Below are positions 42,934-52,575 of a stretch of DNA of 64,000 bases, in pieces. Origin of the DNA: a virus (taxonomy: Duplodnaviria; Caudoviricetes); the IMG/VR virus record IMGVR_UViG_3300031857_000007; one strand, 5' to 3'. A program made the translations under genes and the position numbers. The first letter of the stretch is position 1, and each line of letters begins with the position of its first letter. A model generated the notes under the pieces. That model was not told the DNA's origin, did not search any database, and saw nothing but the letters and a program-made list of their open reading frames with translations.

Positions 42934-43492
42934 AATACAATTTATTTCCAGATAAATCGGTTATATTGTAAATAGTATACTTGAAAGATACCTCTGCTGT
43001 AAAGTATTGAATATCAGTGTCAGTAGAATCAAATTGCAATGTTGATAGATCGTAGGGAAATAAATCAAAAAATTTTAATTTGAAATTTGGATTCATTTTA
43101 CTCGTCAAAACTTGTAGAGTTCCATCTGAGTATAAATTCAACTGACTTTTATTTGGCTGCTCCAAATTTCTATTGCTTTTTTGCAAATCATATATTTCTT
43201 CCAAACTTTCAGGATATCCTAGACCTCTTATCCAATTATAAATCTCCATATAATTTTCTAAGTTTTCATCTACAAGAAATCTTATAGTGAGATCTTCGAA
43301 TTGAATTTTATCGCCAGGTGTATCAATGTCTTTTAGGTATGAAGGTTGATTTGCAATCCCTAAAGTTATTCTTGGTATATTTGCTGAATTGCAAAAAAAT
43401 GCAACTTTCGGCGCTCTATTTAATGTAAATTTAAATCCTACAGGAGATAGAAAATTTCTATTTTCTATCTGATTATTAGATATGTTTGCCAT
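42920..43492 (-). CDS. gp3: tail completion / tube terminator protein
   Basis: NFLSPVGFKF, VDENLENYMEIYNWI; position after gp23. Confidence 0.85.
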   Translation of the reverse strand: MANISNNQIENRNFLSPVGFKFTLNRAPKVAFFCNSANIPRITLGIANQPSYLKDIDTPGDKIQFEDLTIRFLVDENLENYMEIYNWIRGLGYPESLEEIYDLQKSNRNLEQPNKSQLNLYSDGTLQVLTSKMNPNFKLKFFDLFPYDLSTLQFDSTDTDIQYFTAEVSFKYTIYNITDLSGNKLYYGES

Positions 43493-43512
43493 TTTTTCTA
43501 ATTATTTAGAAT

Positions 43513-43537
43513 AAAAAAGGGGGTCTTAGGACCCCCT
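43513..43537 (-). terminator. intrinsic terminator after gp23
   Basis: AGGGGGTC-CTAA-GACCCCCT followed by T run. Confidence 0.85.
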
Positions 43538-43557
43538 GGAATTTTATGTGAAATGGA

Positions 43558-44979
43558 TCACATAAGGTTCTTAACAGCAACTCTACGATAGTAGCGGTTT
43601 GCGTTAAGGTTAAGAGCGCCAAGACCCTGATTGGTTCCTTCTGCGAATGGGTTAGCAACAAGACCATAACGGGTCTTAAAGCCAATCTTAGGCTGGAAGG
43701 AGTTCTCACCAACGGCACGAACCATTTGGAGAGGAACATATGGGCAATAGAAGAGTCCAGCGTCATAAGGTGAAGAACCCTTATAACCAACAACATAATA
43801 CTGGTTGCCTGGGGTAGCATTACCTGAGGTCAGGTTAGCAGCATATGGGTCAATATAGACACGGAATTTGCCCATCAGAGTACCAGCAAAGGTGTTGCCG
43901 GTTTCATCAACGTTGAGGTTAGCGTTGAGTGCAGGGGTGTAGTCAAGAACACCAGCCATGGTCAGTGCTGAAGCAACGTCAGCAGAGCACATGATGATGT
44001 TGCCCTTTCCGCGACGAGTTCTTTGTGCAATTGCGTTTGCATCACGCTCGATTTGGAACAGAAGACCCTTGAACTTCTCAACAGACCAACGACCGTTTGA
44101 ATCAACGTCTAGGTCGAAGATACCTGGGGTTGCAACGTTCTGAACAGCACCTTGCTCAGCAACCTTGTAGATGGTACGAATGACTTCACGGTTGATCTCA
44201 GCAAGAATCTCAGTTGAGAGAATGTTTGCGAGTTCAGCCTCAGCATTCAGACCATGGATTGCCTTAAGGTCTTGAGCGAGTTCTAGTGAGTACTCAGCTT
44301 TCAGAGCGCGTGACTTTGCAGTAACAGTGACTTTCTCGATCGAGAATGCCATCTGGTTGAAAGCATCTGCACCAGTGCCGTCAAGATTCTCAGCAGAATC
44401 TGTACGGAGACCTTGACCTACGTTATATGGTGAAGGGTTAGTGGTTGCAGTTCCAACTGGGTTCAGAAGGGCAGGATTGCTACCACTCTGTGCAGTTGTA
44501 CCGAAACCAACAGCACCGTCACTAAATCCAGCAGCGTCATCGCGTCCAGCTGGTTGACCAGAGAATGCTGAATCAACTTCGTTGAAGAATGTTTCGGTTC
44601 CGCTCTGATTGGTGTAGCGGGAACGCATTGCGAAGATAAGTCCAGTAGGACCGCTCATTGGTTGAACGCCTGCGAGGTCATAAGCGACCAGGTTAGGCAT
44701 TGAACGACGAATGAGTGAAATTAGAACAGGATCAAAACCTGCAGTAGGACCTGCAGCAGTAGCTGAACCAGTAAATCCACCATTGCCTACAGCATTGGTT
44801 GGTGCTTCAGTTAGGAATGAACCTGCGGTTTCGAAAGCAGATTGCTCGCGAAGGAATTTTTCTTGGTTTTCGAGCAGGACAGCGGTTACAGCTCTACGAT
44901 GTGAATCTTTGATTGCGTCAAGACCCTGATAATCGAGAAGTGGTGCCCACTTTTCCTGCAGATGCTCGGATTGGAACAT
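43558..44979 (-). CDS. gp23: major capsid protein
   Basis: KWAPLLD, LIRRSMPNL, VQPMSGPTGLIFAMRSRY, FQPKIGFKTRYG. Confidence 0.98.
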   Translation of the reverse strand: MFQSEHLQEKWAPLLDYQGLDAIKDSHRRAVTAVLLENQEKFLREQSAFETAGSFLTEAPTNAVGNGGFTGSATAAGPTAGFDPVLISLIRRSMPNLVAYDLAGVQPMSGPTGLIFAMRSRYTNQSGTETFFNEVDSAFSGQPAGRDDAAGFSDGAVGFGTTAQSGSNPALLNPVGTATTNPSPYNVGQGLRTDSAENLDGTGADAFNQMAFSIEKVTVTAKSRALKAEYSLELAQDLKAIHGLNAEAELANILSTEILAEINREVIRTIYKVAEQGAVQNVATPGIFDLDVDSNGRWSVEKFKGLLFQIERDANAIAQRTRRGKGNIIMCSADVASALTMAGVLDYTPALNANLNVDETGNTFAGTLMGKFRVYIDPYAANLTSGNATPGNQYYVVGYKGSSPYDAGLFYCPYVPLQMVRAVGENSFQPKIGFKTRYGLVANPFAEGTNQGLGALNLNANRYYRRVAVKNLM

Positions 44980-45024
44980 TTGCGTTTACCTTGTGTGATT
45001 GTTTACGTTTGATTAATATTAAAT

Positions 45025-46167
45025 TCAGTTTTTGGCGAATGCTGAAATAGTCTTCAGGTATGAAGCCATTGTTCCAGACATTGATTCTGGAGCAGAGTCT
45101 ACTCCCTCAGAGAGAGTTTCAGATTTTGCCTTTGGAGTTCTATTTGTTGGGAAATATGATTCCCTCAGTGTCTCCAGCTTGTCACGATATTCTTCTTCAC
45201 TTTCAAACTCAACACTTTCGGCAAGTGAAGCGAGCTTGTCTTTCTGAGTGTCTGCTAGACCATCAGCGACCTGTTCAAAGATTCCATCAGCAACCGACTC
45301 TGCGAGACGCTTGTTGAGTGAAACGTTTTTCTCAATCTGCTCGTTGAGTTTTGTTTCCATTTCATCAAGTTTTTCTACCATGCTCTCTAGCACATCATAT
45401 TTATCTTCAGGGATTGATACATAATGATCTTCAAAAAGACCCTTCATTCCTTGTAGGAATGATTCGGTCATTTCGGTCTTAAGACCGTTTTCAACTGCAA
45501 GCGCATTTTCTTGCATCCATTCATCGGCAACATACTCAAGATATGAATCTACACGCTCAGAAAGTGTAGATTTAATTTCTTCAACTTCTTCTGCAAGTGC
45601 ATCTGCATACTGCTCTTCCATTGCCTCTTGAATTTGAGAAACCTTGGAGCGAAGAGCAGCCTCGAAAATGGTACGTGCCTTCTCTTGGAACTCTTCAGAT
45701 AGTTCTTCACCTTCTAAAAGAGCATTGACATCTTCTTCGATGTCATACTCTTCTTTCATTTCGTCTTCATCTTCGTCTTCTTCTTCTTTTTTGCCTTTCT
45801 TCTTTCCGTCCTCTTCTTCTTCTTTTTCTTCTTCCTCAGCGGCTTCTAAGAGTTCTTCGTCTTCATCATACTCAAACTCTTCGTCCTCTTTCATTCCCTT
45901 CATTGCCTCAGCAGGCTTAGCACCCTTATTTACAACATCCTTAACTTGCTTAAGGGTTGCTCCGGGGGTTTTTAATTTCGCTGAATCATCATCTGGACGA
46001 TAGTTTGAAGGATCTGGTCCGCCAAGATCTTCCCATCCTGTAGTTTGTCCAGGGGGAATATTTCCTGACAAATGTGGCATTGCGTCCGCTGCTTTGGCAT
46101 TGGCATTTACAGCGGTTTTGGATTGCTTTGTGCCTACTTCCATTTCTTGTAAATCTCCACGAGACAT
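45025..46167 (-). CDS. gp22: prohead core / scaffolding protein
   Basis: Acidic linker, KARTIFEAA, YLEYVADEW. Confidence 0.93.
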   Translation of the reverse strand: MSRGDLQEMEVGTKQSKTAVNANAKAADAMPHLSGNIPPGQTTGWEDLGGPDPSNYRPDDDSAKLKTPGATLKQVKDVVNKGAKPAEAMKGMKEDEEFEYDEDEELLEAAEEEEKEEEEDGKKKGKKEEEDEDEDEMKEEYDIEEDVNALLEGEELSEEFQEKARTIFEAALRSKVSQIQEAMEEQYADALAEEVEEIKSTLSERVDSYLEYVADEWMQENALAVENGLKTEMTESFLQGMKGLFEDHYVSIPEDKYDVLESMVEKLDEMETKLNEQIEKNVSLNKRLAESVADGIFEQVADGLADTQKDKLASLAESVEFESEEEYRDKLETLRESYFPTNRTPKAKSETLSEGVDSAPESMSGTMASYLKTISAFAKN

Positions 46168-46207
46168 TTGAACTCTCCGATTAACCTTTAGTAATTTAAT
46201 CTATATT

Positions 46208-46215
46208 TATTTATA
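46208..46215 (-). promoter_or_regulatory. T4-type late promoter TATAAATA
   Basis: Exact consensus upstream of gp22. Confidence 0.75.
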
Positions 46216-46225
46216 AATTAAGAAA

Positions 46226-46879
46226 TTACAATGAATTTAAAAAATCATTAAATAACTTAATTTTATTTTCCTGTAAACGTCTTTGGTCTACAAGAGTGTT
46301 AATTCTGCGTTTTGTATTCTCTGCAGACCTCTCCCTAAGCATTCCACCATCCCAAATCCACTCTTTTCCTTCCATAATTCCTTGAACAAAGGCATCGGGG
46401 GCAGAAGGATCCGCTACAATATCAGCAGCGGTCGCAAGCATAAAATCTTCACCGACTTCAGTATAACCTTCGTTATTTGGTTTTACTGAACCAATACCAC
46501 GAGAAGAAACGCCAAGAGTTACTCCTTCTTTGAGTAATGATTCTGCAATCTTACCCATTGGAGTGGAAAGAATCTGTGCTTTACCAATGAAATTATTTCC
46601 TTCACGTTGAAGCGAAACAATCTTGTGAGAAACACGATCAAGATTTACAGTTGGTCCGTCTGGGTGACCAAGTTCTCCAAGAGCACGACCTTTATTCACA
46701 TACTGCTCAGTGTAACGCTTTACCTCTCTTTCCATAACAGGTAGACGATACATTCTACCATTTCTGTTTACTACTTCAGTTTGAAGGAAAGGACCTTGAA
46801 TGTAAAGTGTCTTTTTACCATTAACTGTTTCTGTAAGAACTTCTACCTGTTCGATTTCTTCGGTGATTAGTTTCATCAT
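46226..46879 (-). CDS. gp21: prohead protease
   Basis: NRNGRMY, ALGELGHP, GVSSRG, DIVADPS. Confidence 0.96.
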   Translation of the reverse strand: MMKLITEEIEQVEVLTETVNGKKTLYIQGPFLQTEVVNRNGRMYRLPVMEREVKRYTEQYVNKGRALGELGHPDGPTVNLDRVSHKIVSLQREGNNFIGKAQILSTPMGKIAESLLKEGVTLGVSSRGIGSVKPNNEGYTEVGEDFMLATAADIVADPSAPDAFVQGIMEGKEWIWDGGMLRERSAENTKRRINTLVDQRRLQENKIKLFNDFLNSL

Positions 46880-47421
46880 GCTTGTCCTGAAATTTGTACT
46901 TGTTGTGCGTATAATGTACCAGCACCACCTTCTGTTCTTGCAGCCAATCTATATGACAATGATACAGTTGCATCTGGTGAAGTAAATGCCGTTAATATGC
47001 CACTAGAGTTATAATTTACAGTAAACCTTCTCTGATAATATCCATCAACACTAGAAGATGTATTCACAGAAATAACTTCGGCATGAGTAAAGTTATGATA
47101 TTGTGATCCAGAAAGAGTTACAAAATCGCCAACACCAAAAGGTGCTTGGGTACCTTCCGGACAATCAATAATTGTTGTAGTTCCAGTAGTTACACCAACA
47201 ACTCTATTCGATGCTTTTGTAATTGCTAAAGTTGATGAAGATCCTGCTGGGATATAATAGTCTGAAGTTGTAGCTGATGGATTTGTTCCTATTGCAACAA
47301 ATGCCCCTGCAGTTACGGCAACAACTCTTACCACATTTGTTTGTGCAGTAAAAGAAGTTGTCATTGATGATGCTGCACCAGTTGTTAATGAAATTCCCGC
47401 ACCTATTGGTCTATGAGCCAT
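46876..47421 (-). CDS. hypothetical (likely virion) protein
   Basis: 181-aa Thr/Ser-rich ORF between gp20 and gp21. Confidence 0.75.
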   Translation of the reverse strand: MAHRPIGAGISLTTGAASSMTTSFTAQTNVVRVVAVTAGAFVAIGTNPSATTSDYYIPAGSSSTLAITKASNRVVGVTTGTTTIIDCPEGTQAPFGVGDFVTLSGSQYHNFTHAEVISVNTSSSVDGYYQRRFTVNYNSSGILTAFTSPDATVSLSYRLAARTEGGAGTLYAQQVQISGQA

Positions 47422-47477
47422 TATTTTTATAATACATTTTTAGTTATTTATTATTTGATCAAATTAAGATAAAATAT

Positions 47478-47654
47478 CTATTGATCTTCTGAGGTTTCAT
47501 TATTCGAATCATTAAATCCAAACAATGAATTGGAAATTGATGGGCGTATAGCTTCTATTTTTTCTGTTGATTTTGCAAATAACAGATCTTTAATTTTATC
47601 GCTAATTTGAGATGGTGATTCATCCGCAGCAATCATGTCAAGAAGTTCTTCCAT
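47478..47654 (-). CDS. 58-aa hypothetical protein (MEELLDMIAADESPSQISDKIKDLLFAKS...)
   Basis: Hand translation; TATAAATA at 47679-47686. Confidence 0.7.
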   Translation of the reverse strand: MEELLDMIAADESPSQISDKIKDLLFAKSTEKIEAIRPSISNSLFGFNDSNNETSEDQ

Positions 47655-47691
47655 TTTAATTAAATTTGAAATTTTTTATATTTATATTTGA

Positions 47692-49380
47692 TTAGATCTT
47701 TCCACCTTTAGGTGGTTCCATTCCTTTATCAGATACTTCAACTTGAGCAGCATCTGCGTTCAAATCTGGTTCCATAACTGGTTCTCCTAGATTTGCATCC
47801 ATGCCTTGATCCATTGGCATTCCTGTAGCGGGATCTACGGGTGCATTTGGATCCGGAATTATTCCTGATTCGATTTCTTTTTGGATAATTTTATCTTCTT
47901 CAATAATTTCCAAATCAGTTTGTCTAAGAATTTTTCTTCTTACATAATCTTGTGAGAAATATTTTCCGACATATGGTTCTGCTGTAGCAACCAAATTCAA
48001 TCTTTCCGTAAGTAGTTCTGCATCCTTTAATTCAGAGAAATGATTGTCATATAGGAAATTGTATTGAATATGCTCACCCATTTTATCCCAATCGCTTGGA
48101 GTAATAATATTCTTTAATATTAATTGAGTTTTGAGCATATCATTGAACAAATAAGAGAATCTCTTTCTCAATCTCGCTACAAATTTTGTAAATTTGAGTT
48201 CATCTCTTAATATTTCAGAAGAACGTCCCAAATTAAATCCACTTTCTCCACCAATTCTTGTTGGGGGAACGTTCAATGAACGATATAATTTTTCTTGGAA
48301 ATACTTAATGTCAGTAATTTCTCCAAGATTTTGTCCACCTGGAAGTGTAGTAATTTCAGTTCCTCTACCACCTTCACGACGAGGAAGCCAAAAATCTTCA
48401 AGCATACTCACAAATTTCTTATCATCTCTGATTTCTCCAGTGGAAGCATCATATACCAGTTTATTACGATATCTCATCATAACGTCACGGAGGTATTGCT
48501 CTGCTTTTACTTTTGGTAGATTGCCAACGTCAATATAAAAAATACGACGTTCTGGTGCGCGTGACAAACGGTAGATAACTAACGAATCTTCAATCATTCT
48601 TAACTGATTGAGAGATTTGATTGCCTTGTGAAGATATGAAAGTGTTGATCCTTTATTTCTATCAACCAATCCAGAAGTGCAGTATGCAATGGAATCTCTA
48701 GAAAATTTGATTCCACCAATGCCACCAAGGCTAGATGGATTGTTGGCAGGATAGTTCATTTTTGGATTATAAATGAAATATTCCTGAATTTCTGGGAATT
48801 CATAATCCATTGGATCATCGACGTTCACATTTGCAAGTCGATATAATTTTTTATCTTCTTCTTTTTTCTTTTGTTGCCTTACATATCGCATTTTCATTGC
48901 GTCTATGTATCTAAGTTCTTGAATTCCTGCCTGAGGATTTTTTAAATCAATTACTTTGTGGTAGTAAAGTCTTCCATCGATGTACCAATTTCTATAAATC
49001 TCATGAGATTTCCTATCAAAATCCAATAATTCTAGTATATACTTAAACTCTTCTCTTATTTTTTTCTTGATTCCATCACTTGCATTGAGATTTGAAAGTT
49101 CAATCTCTACAGGAGAATCATTTGAATCTGAGACTATAGCCTCATTTACTATATCTTCAATGGCACTATCACACTCTGGGTGAAGTGCCATTTCTCGATA
49201 TCTTTTTATCAAATCAAATTCAGTTCTATAAACACCTTCAATATCTACATAAGATCCAAAAAAACCAGAACTTAAATAATGATCAACTTCGTCCTCGTTA
49301 TTTGGTGGAACGGGGGACAAAGTTGAAGGTGTTAAATTATTAGAGCTATCTTCAATAGAAAAACCGAATAACTTCGACAT
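47692..49380 (-). CDS. gp20: portal vertex protein
   Basis: YREMALHPE, NQLRMIEDSLVIYRLSRAPERRIFYIDVG, EDFWLPRR. Confidence 0.98.
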   Translation of the reverse strand: MSKLFGFSIEDSSNNLTPSTLSPVPPNNEDEVDHYLSSGFFGSYVDIEGVYRTEFDLIKRYREMALHPECDSAIEDIVNEAIVSDSNDSPVEIELSNLNASDGIKKKIREEFKYILELLDFDRKSHEIYRNWYIDGRLYYHKVIDLKNPQAGIQELRYIDAMKMRYVRQQKKKEEDKKLYRLANVNVDDPMDYEFPEIQEYFIYNPKMNYPANNPSSLGGIGGIKFSRDSIAYCTSGLVDRNKGSTLSYLHKAIKSLNQLRMIEDSLVIYRLSRAPERRIFYIDVGNLPKVKAEQYLRDVMMRYRNKLVYDASTGEIRDDKKFVSMLEDFWLPRREGGRGTEITTLPGGQNLGEITDIKYFQEKLYRSLNVPPTRIGGESGFNLGRSSEILRDELKFTKFVARLRKRFSYLFNDMLKTQLILKNIITPSDWDKMGEHIQYNFLYDNHFSELKDAELLTERLNLVATAEPYVGKYFSQDYVRRKILRQTDLEIIEEDKIIQKEIESGIIPDPNAPVDPATGMPMDQGMDANLGEPVMEPDLNADAAQVEVSDKGMEPPKGGKI

Positions 49381-49416
49381 AATTAAATATTAAACCCTAC
49401 AGACTTGTACTATTTA

Positions 49417-50037
49417 TCAGGCACCACTACCCGCTTTTTCTGGGTAGAAGTATTGTACTTGGAACTCTACTGTGAATTCTTCAATAGTATCTGTGGAATC
49501 ATATGAGAGATCAATTTGAGAAACATTTGTTGGGAAAATGTCTACAAACTTGTACTGTGCAAGAATGTTTGCATTTCCGCCAGCAGATGCATTTGAAGGT
49601 CCTTCTTTTGTAACAGCTCCTCTTCCAAGCTGATAGACAGTTGCTTGACCCATATAGTCATTAGGATTTGTTAATCCAGTATGATTTGAATATTGGGCAA
49701 CACTTTGCATCCAAGATTCAAATGATCTTCTATGGGAAAAGTTTTCGTCATTGATAATAGTTACTGTCCAAGTATCAAATGTACGATCACCTGCAACTTT
49801 TAGGATTCTACCTCTAAAAGGTACATCGATAGGTGCTACATTAGAAGCTGGTAAAGCCGCTGCTTTACACAAAAATCTAAAATTATTTGCGTCAAACCCA
49901 CCAGATCCATCACCCTGAATGTTTGTTGGTAGAGAGTTTGGAAATGCTACTTGAACTTCGAATAAGTTAGGGCGGGCACCGCCACCAATCAGTGCCCCCT
50001 TCATTGCTGAGATTCCTCTTGCTGGGATAGTTGCCAT
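49417..50037 (-). CDS. gp19: tail tube protein
   Basis: GGARPNLF, AGDRTFDTW, IFPT. Confidence 0.95.
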   Translation of the reverse strand: MATIPARGISAMKGALIGGGARPNLFEVQVAFPNSLPTNIQGDGSGGFDANNFRFLCKAAALPASNVAPIDVPFRGRILKVAGDRTFDTWTVTIINDENFSHRRSFESWMQSVAQYSNHTGLTNPNDYMGQATVYQLGRGAVTKEGPSNASAGGNANILAQYKFVDIFPTNVSQIDLSYDSTDTIEEFTVEFQVQYFYPEKAGSGA

Positions 50038-50073
50038 TTTACTTTCCTCCTTTGTGGTTAATTAAAGTTTAAA

Positions 50074-52260
50074 TCAAACCCTACCAGCAACTTCTTCAAA
50101 GCTGACACCAGTACGAGTAGCTACGAATGTCAATGTTACATAATTAATTGATTTGGTTGGCTTCAGGAATATATCTGCTCTAAATTCATTGTTATCAATA
50201 ACATCAGGAGTATTATTAGTTTCATCGCAGATAACCAAGAAGTCATAAAGACCTCTCTTTGCTTGAATATCACGTAAATATGGCTCAATGATATTGACAA
50301 AGTTTGCTCTAGTAATTTGATCGTTTAATTCAAACAACTGTGCTTGAGCAGCTCTTTCCAGTGCTTGTTCGATTGTGAGGAATAAACGACGAACGTTAAT
50401 TCTATCGAATGCAGAAGCATATGCAAGACCAGTTTTATCACCAAATAGAAGTGTTCCCACTCCTGGTTGAGTTACAATGGAGTTAACTCTTGCAGTATAG
50501 AGTTGATCTCTTTGTGATTTTGAAGGATTGTATGCAAGCTTGATTGCATTATTAAGAATTCCTCTTTGCTGTCCTGCAGGAGAGAACCAAGGATATGCAA
50601 CAATATTTGTTCTCATCATTAAACCAGCAATGTCAGCATTGCATGGTATGTATCTGAATAGATTGTTGAATCTGTCATAAGTATACTTATATCCACTGTC
50701 AAATACAGCATATGATGAAGAACTCAATGAACTAAAGAAATTAATGATATTATTTGTTTGTGTAGTTGTATTTGTCAAATCTACAACATTTGCTCTGTGT
50801 GGAGAAATGACTGCCATGCAATCTTTTCTCAATTCGGCAATTGCAATCAGTTTGTTTGCTTTTGCTTGAGACTCGAATTCTGAATCTAATCCAGGACCAC
50901 AAATTAGATAATCTACTGCAACTTGATCTTTATTTGAGAAAAGATCGTATGCGGTTGAAAGATCTCCTAGAGTTGTCTTAAGACCATTCAATGATGAATA
51001 ATCTTTACCGCCAATTAGAGTGTATGTTTTATTTCCAATTGCACTGAAAACAACTCCTTGTGCATTTGAACCCCAAAGACCTTGATTTGTGGTATATGGA
51101 GTAAATCCACTATAGAATCCAGTAGCTACTGGATTTGTTCCGTGGTATGCATCGTATGCGGAAGACGGATTTTTTCCAGCATAAACATAAGAAGAGAATC
51201 CGGCAAGATAATTCTTATACCAAATTTTTTGTGGGGAATTTACTTGCGAGACCGAATCAGCAGCTTTTGAAAGTCCAATATGCTTCTCTAGAATATTTCC
51301 TCTAACTCCAGTTATTGCTCCAGAATCGTCAACGACAACGATATGCATCGCGTCATTTTTTCCATTTCTTTCGAGAGAATAGTTATTTGATACTGGTTTT
51401 GGTGCAATAGAGGACCAATATACAGTACTATTTGTCAATCCAAGAGTTTGGTTATCGTACCAATCAGCAATTGAAGTTGCTGTGGATGATCCTGTAGTTA
51501 TTCCTGAATTATTGACAAAAGTAAGAGTGTCATTTGCTTCAAATGCAGACAGAGAATTTCCTCTGCTGTAGTTAATTAAAGATTCTGTACCTGCAGAAGA
51601 AACTCTAGAAACGATTTTTATATCGATAGTACTTGAACCATTGACGGCATCTGTACTTACACCAGTAATAATTGCTTTTAAATATCCATTAAATGACGAG
51701 GTTGATCCCGCACCAGCAACAATTGCATTGGTTATTGCAGTGGTAACACCATATCCAACAATAGCACCCAATGCTCCGGGATTTGTTGTTGCAATTCCGA
51801 TAGTTTGGTCTGCTTTGTCGTCAATAAAACAAACTTTTAAATCGTTCGCCCAAGTTCCAGCATTCTTAGAAGAAAATGTATATCCTACAGCATCTGAAGA
51901 GTGATTTGTGTTGTAGTCGTCAAAATTCTTTATATTTAAAGTAGTGGAATATGCAGAACCAACACCAGCATTTGCACAATTTAGTGTTGCACCATTAGTT
52001 CTAACTACTTTTAGAACACCACCATAAGAAAGATATGTAGAAGCACTCATCCAATATTCATATTGAGCATCTGTTGTCTTTGGTTTTCCAAAAACATTTA
52101 CTAACTCTTGCTCTGTGCTGATATCAATAGGTTGTTCTACTGGACCTTGAACGAAAGGACCCGCAATAGCTCCGATGTTATCTAAAACATTATCAGCTCT
52201 CCCAACTGTTAAATCAACTTCCCTCGTAAGTACACCGGGAGATAATTGAGGAGTCGCCAT
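50074..52260 (-). CDS. gp18: contractile tail sheath protein
   Basis: SPGV..REVD, PWFSPAG, RINVRRLF, IFLKPTKSINYV. Confidence 0.97.
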   Translation of the reverse strand: MATPQLSPGVLTREVDLTVGRADNVLDNIGAIAGPFVQGPVEQPIDISTEQELVNVFGKPKTTDAQYEYWMSASTYLSYGGVLKVVRTNGATLNCANAGVGSAYSTTLNIKNFDDYNTNHSSDAVGYTFSSKNAGTWANDLKVCFIDDKADQTIGIATTNPGALGAIVGYGVTTAITNAIVAGAGSTSSFNGYLKAIITGVSTDAVNGSSTIDIKIVSRVSSAGTESLINYSRGNSLSAFEANDTLTFVNNSGITTGSSTATSIADWYDNQTLGLTNSTVYWSSIAPKPVSNNYSLERNGKNDAMHIVVVDDSGAITGVRGNILEKHIGLSKAADSVSQVNSPQKIWYKNYLAGFSSYVYAGKNPSSAYDAYHGTNPVATGFYSGFTPYTTNQGLWGSNAQGVVFSAIGNKTYTLIGGKDYSSLNGLKTTLGDLSTAYDLFSNKDQVAVDYLICGPGLDSEFESQAKANKLIAIAELRKDCMAVISPHRANVVDLTNTTTQTNNIINFFSSLSSSSYAVFDSGYKYTYDRFNNLFRYIPCNADIAGLMMRTNIVAYPWFSPAGQQRGILNNAIKLAYNPSKSQRDQLYTARVNSIVTQPGVGTLLFGDKTGLAYASAFDRINVRRLFLTIEQALERAAQAQLFELNDQITRANFVNIIEPYLRDIQAKRGLYDFLVICDETNNTPDVIDNNEFRADIFLKPTKSINYVTLTFVATRTGVSFEEVAGRV

Positions 52261-52344
52261 GTTTTTCTCCGTAAAATCTCAGTTTATCTACAAAATATTT
52301 ATTAAAAAGATACTTTACAAGGAAGAAAACGTGACGTGAACTAC

Positions 52345-52575
52345 TTACCAATCTGGATATTCATAAGTATCTGGAGAATATTTTTTCTTTTTAGAACTTA
52401 TAACCCTTTTAATTGAACATTCCTTGCATTCATAAGAATATGAAGATACCACAGGACCTTTATCTTTTCTTGTTCTGTAAAAATTTTCTATTAAATTTTT
52501 TATCTCTCCACATGTTCTGCATTTTCTATCAGTAAGCAATAAGTGACCTAATCTAATTTGCTTATCTAAATCCAT
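52345..52575 (-). CDS. small Zn-finger-like protein
   Basis: CRTC...CKEC. Confidence 0.7.
   Translation of the reverse strand: MDLDKQIRLGHLLLTDRKCRTCGEIKNLIENFYRTRKDKGPVVSSYSYECKECSIKRVISSKKKKYSPDTYEYPDW

Noticed and set aside
43506-43820. 104-aa ORF overlapping the gp23 3' end
   Set aside because: Alternative frame inside gp23 running into the terminator; no support
45644-46003. Plus-strand Ser-rich ORF
   Set aside because: Antisense shadow of the Glu/Lys-rich linker of gp22; the other plus-strand ORFs are likewise shadows of minus-strand genes
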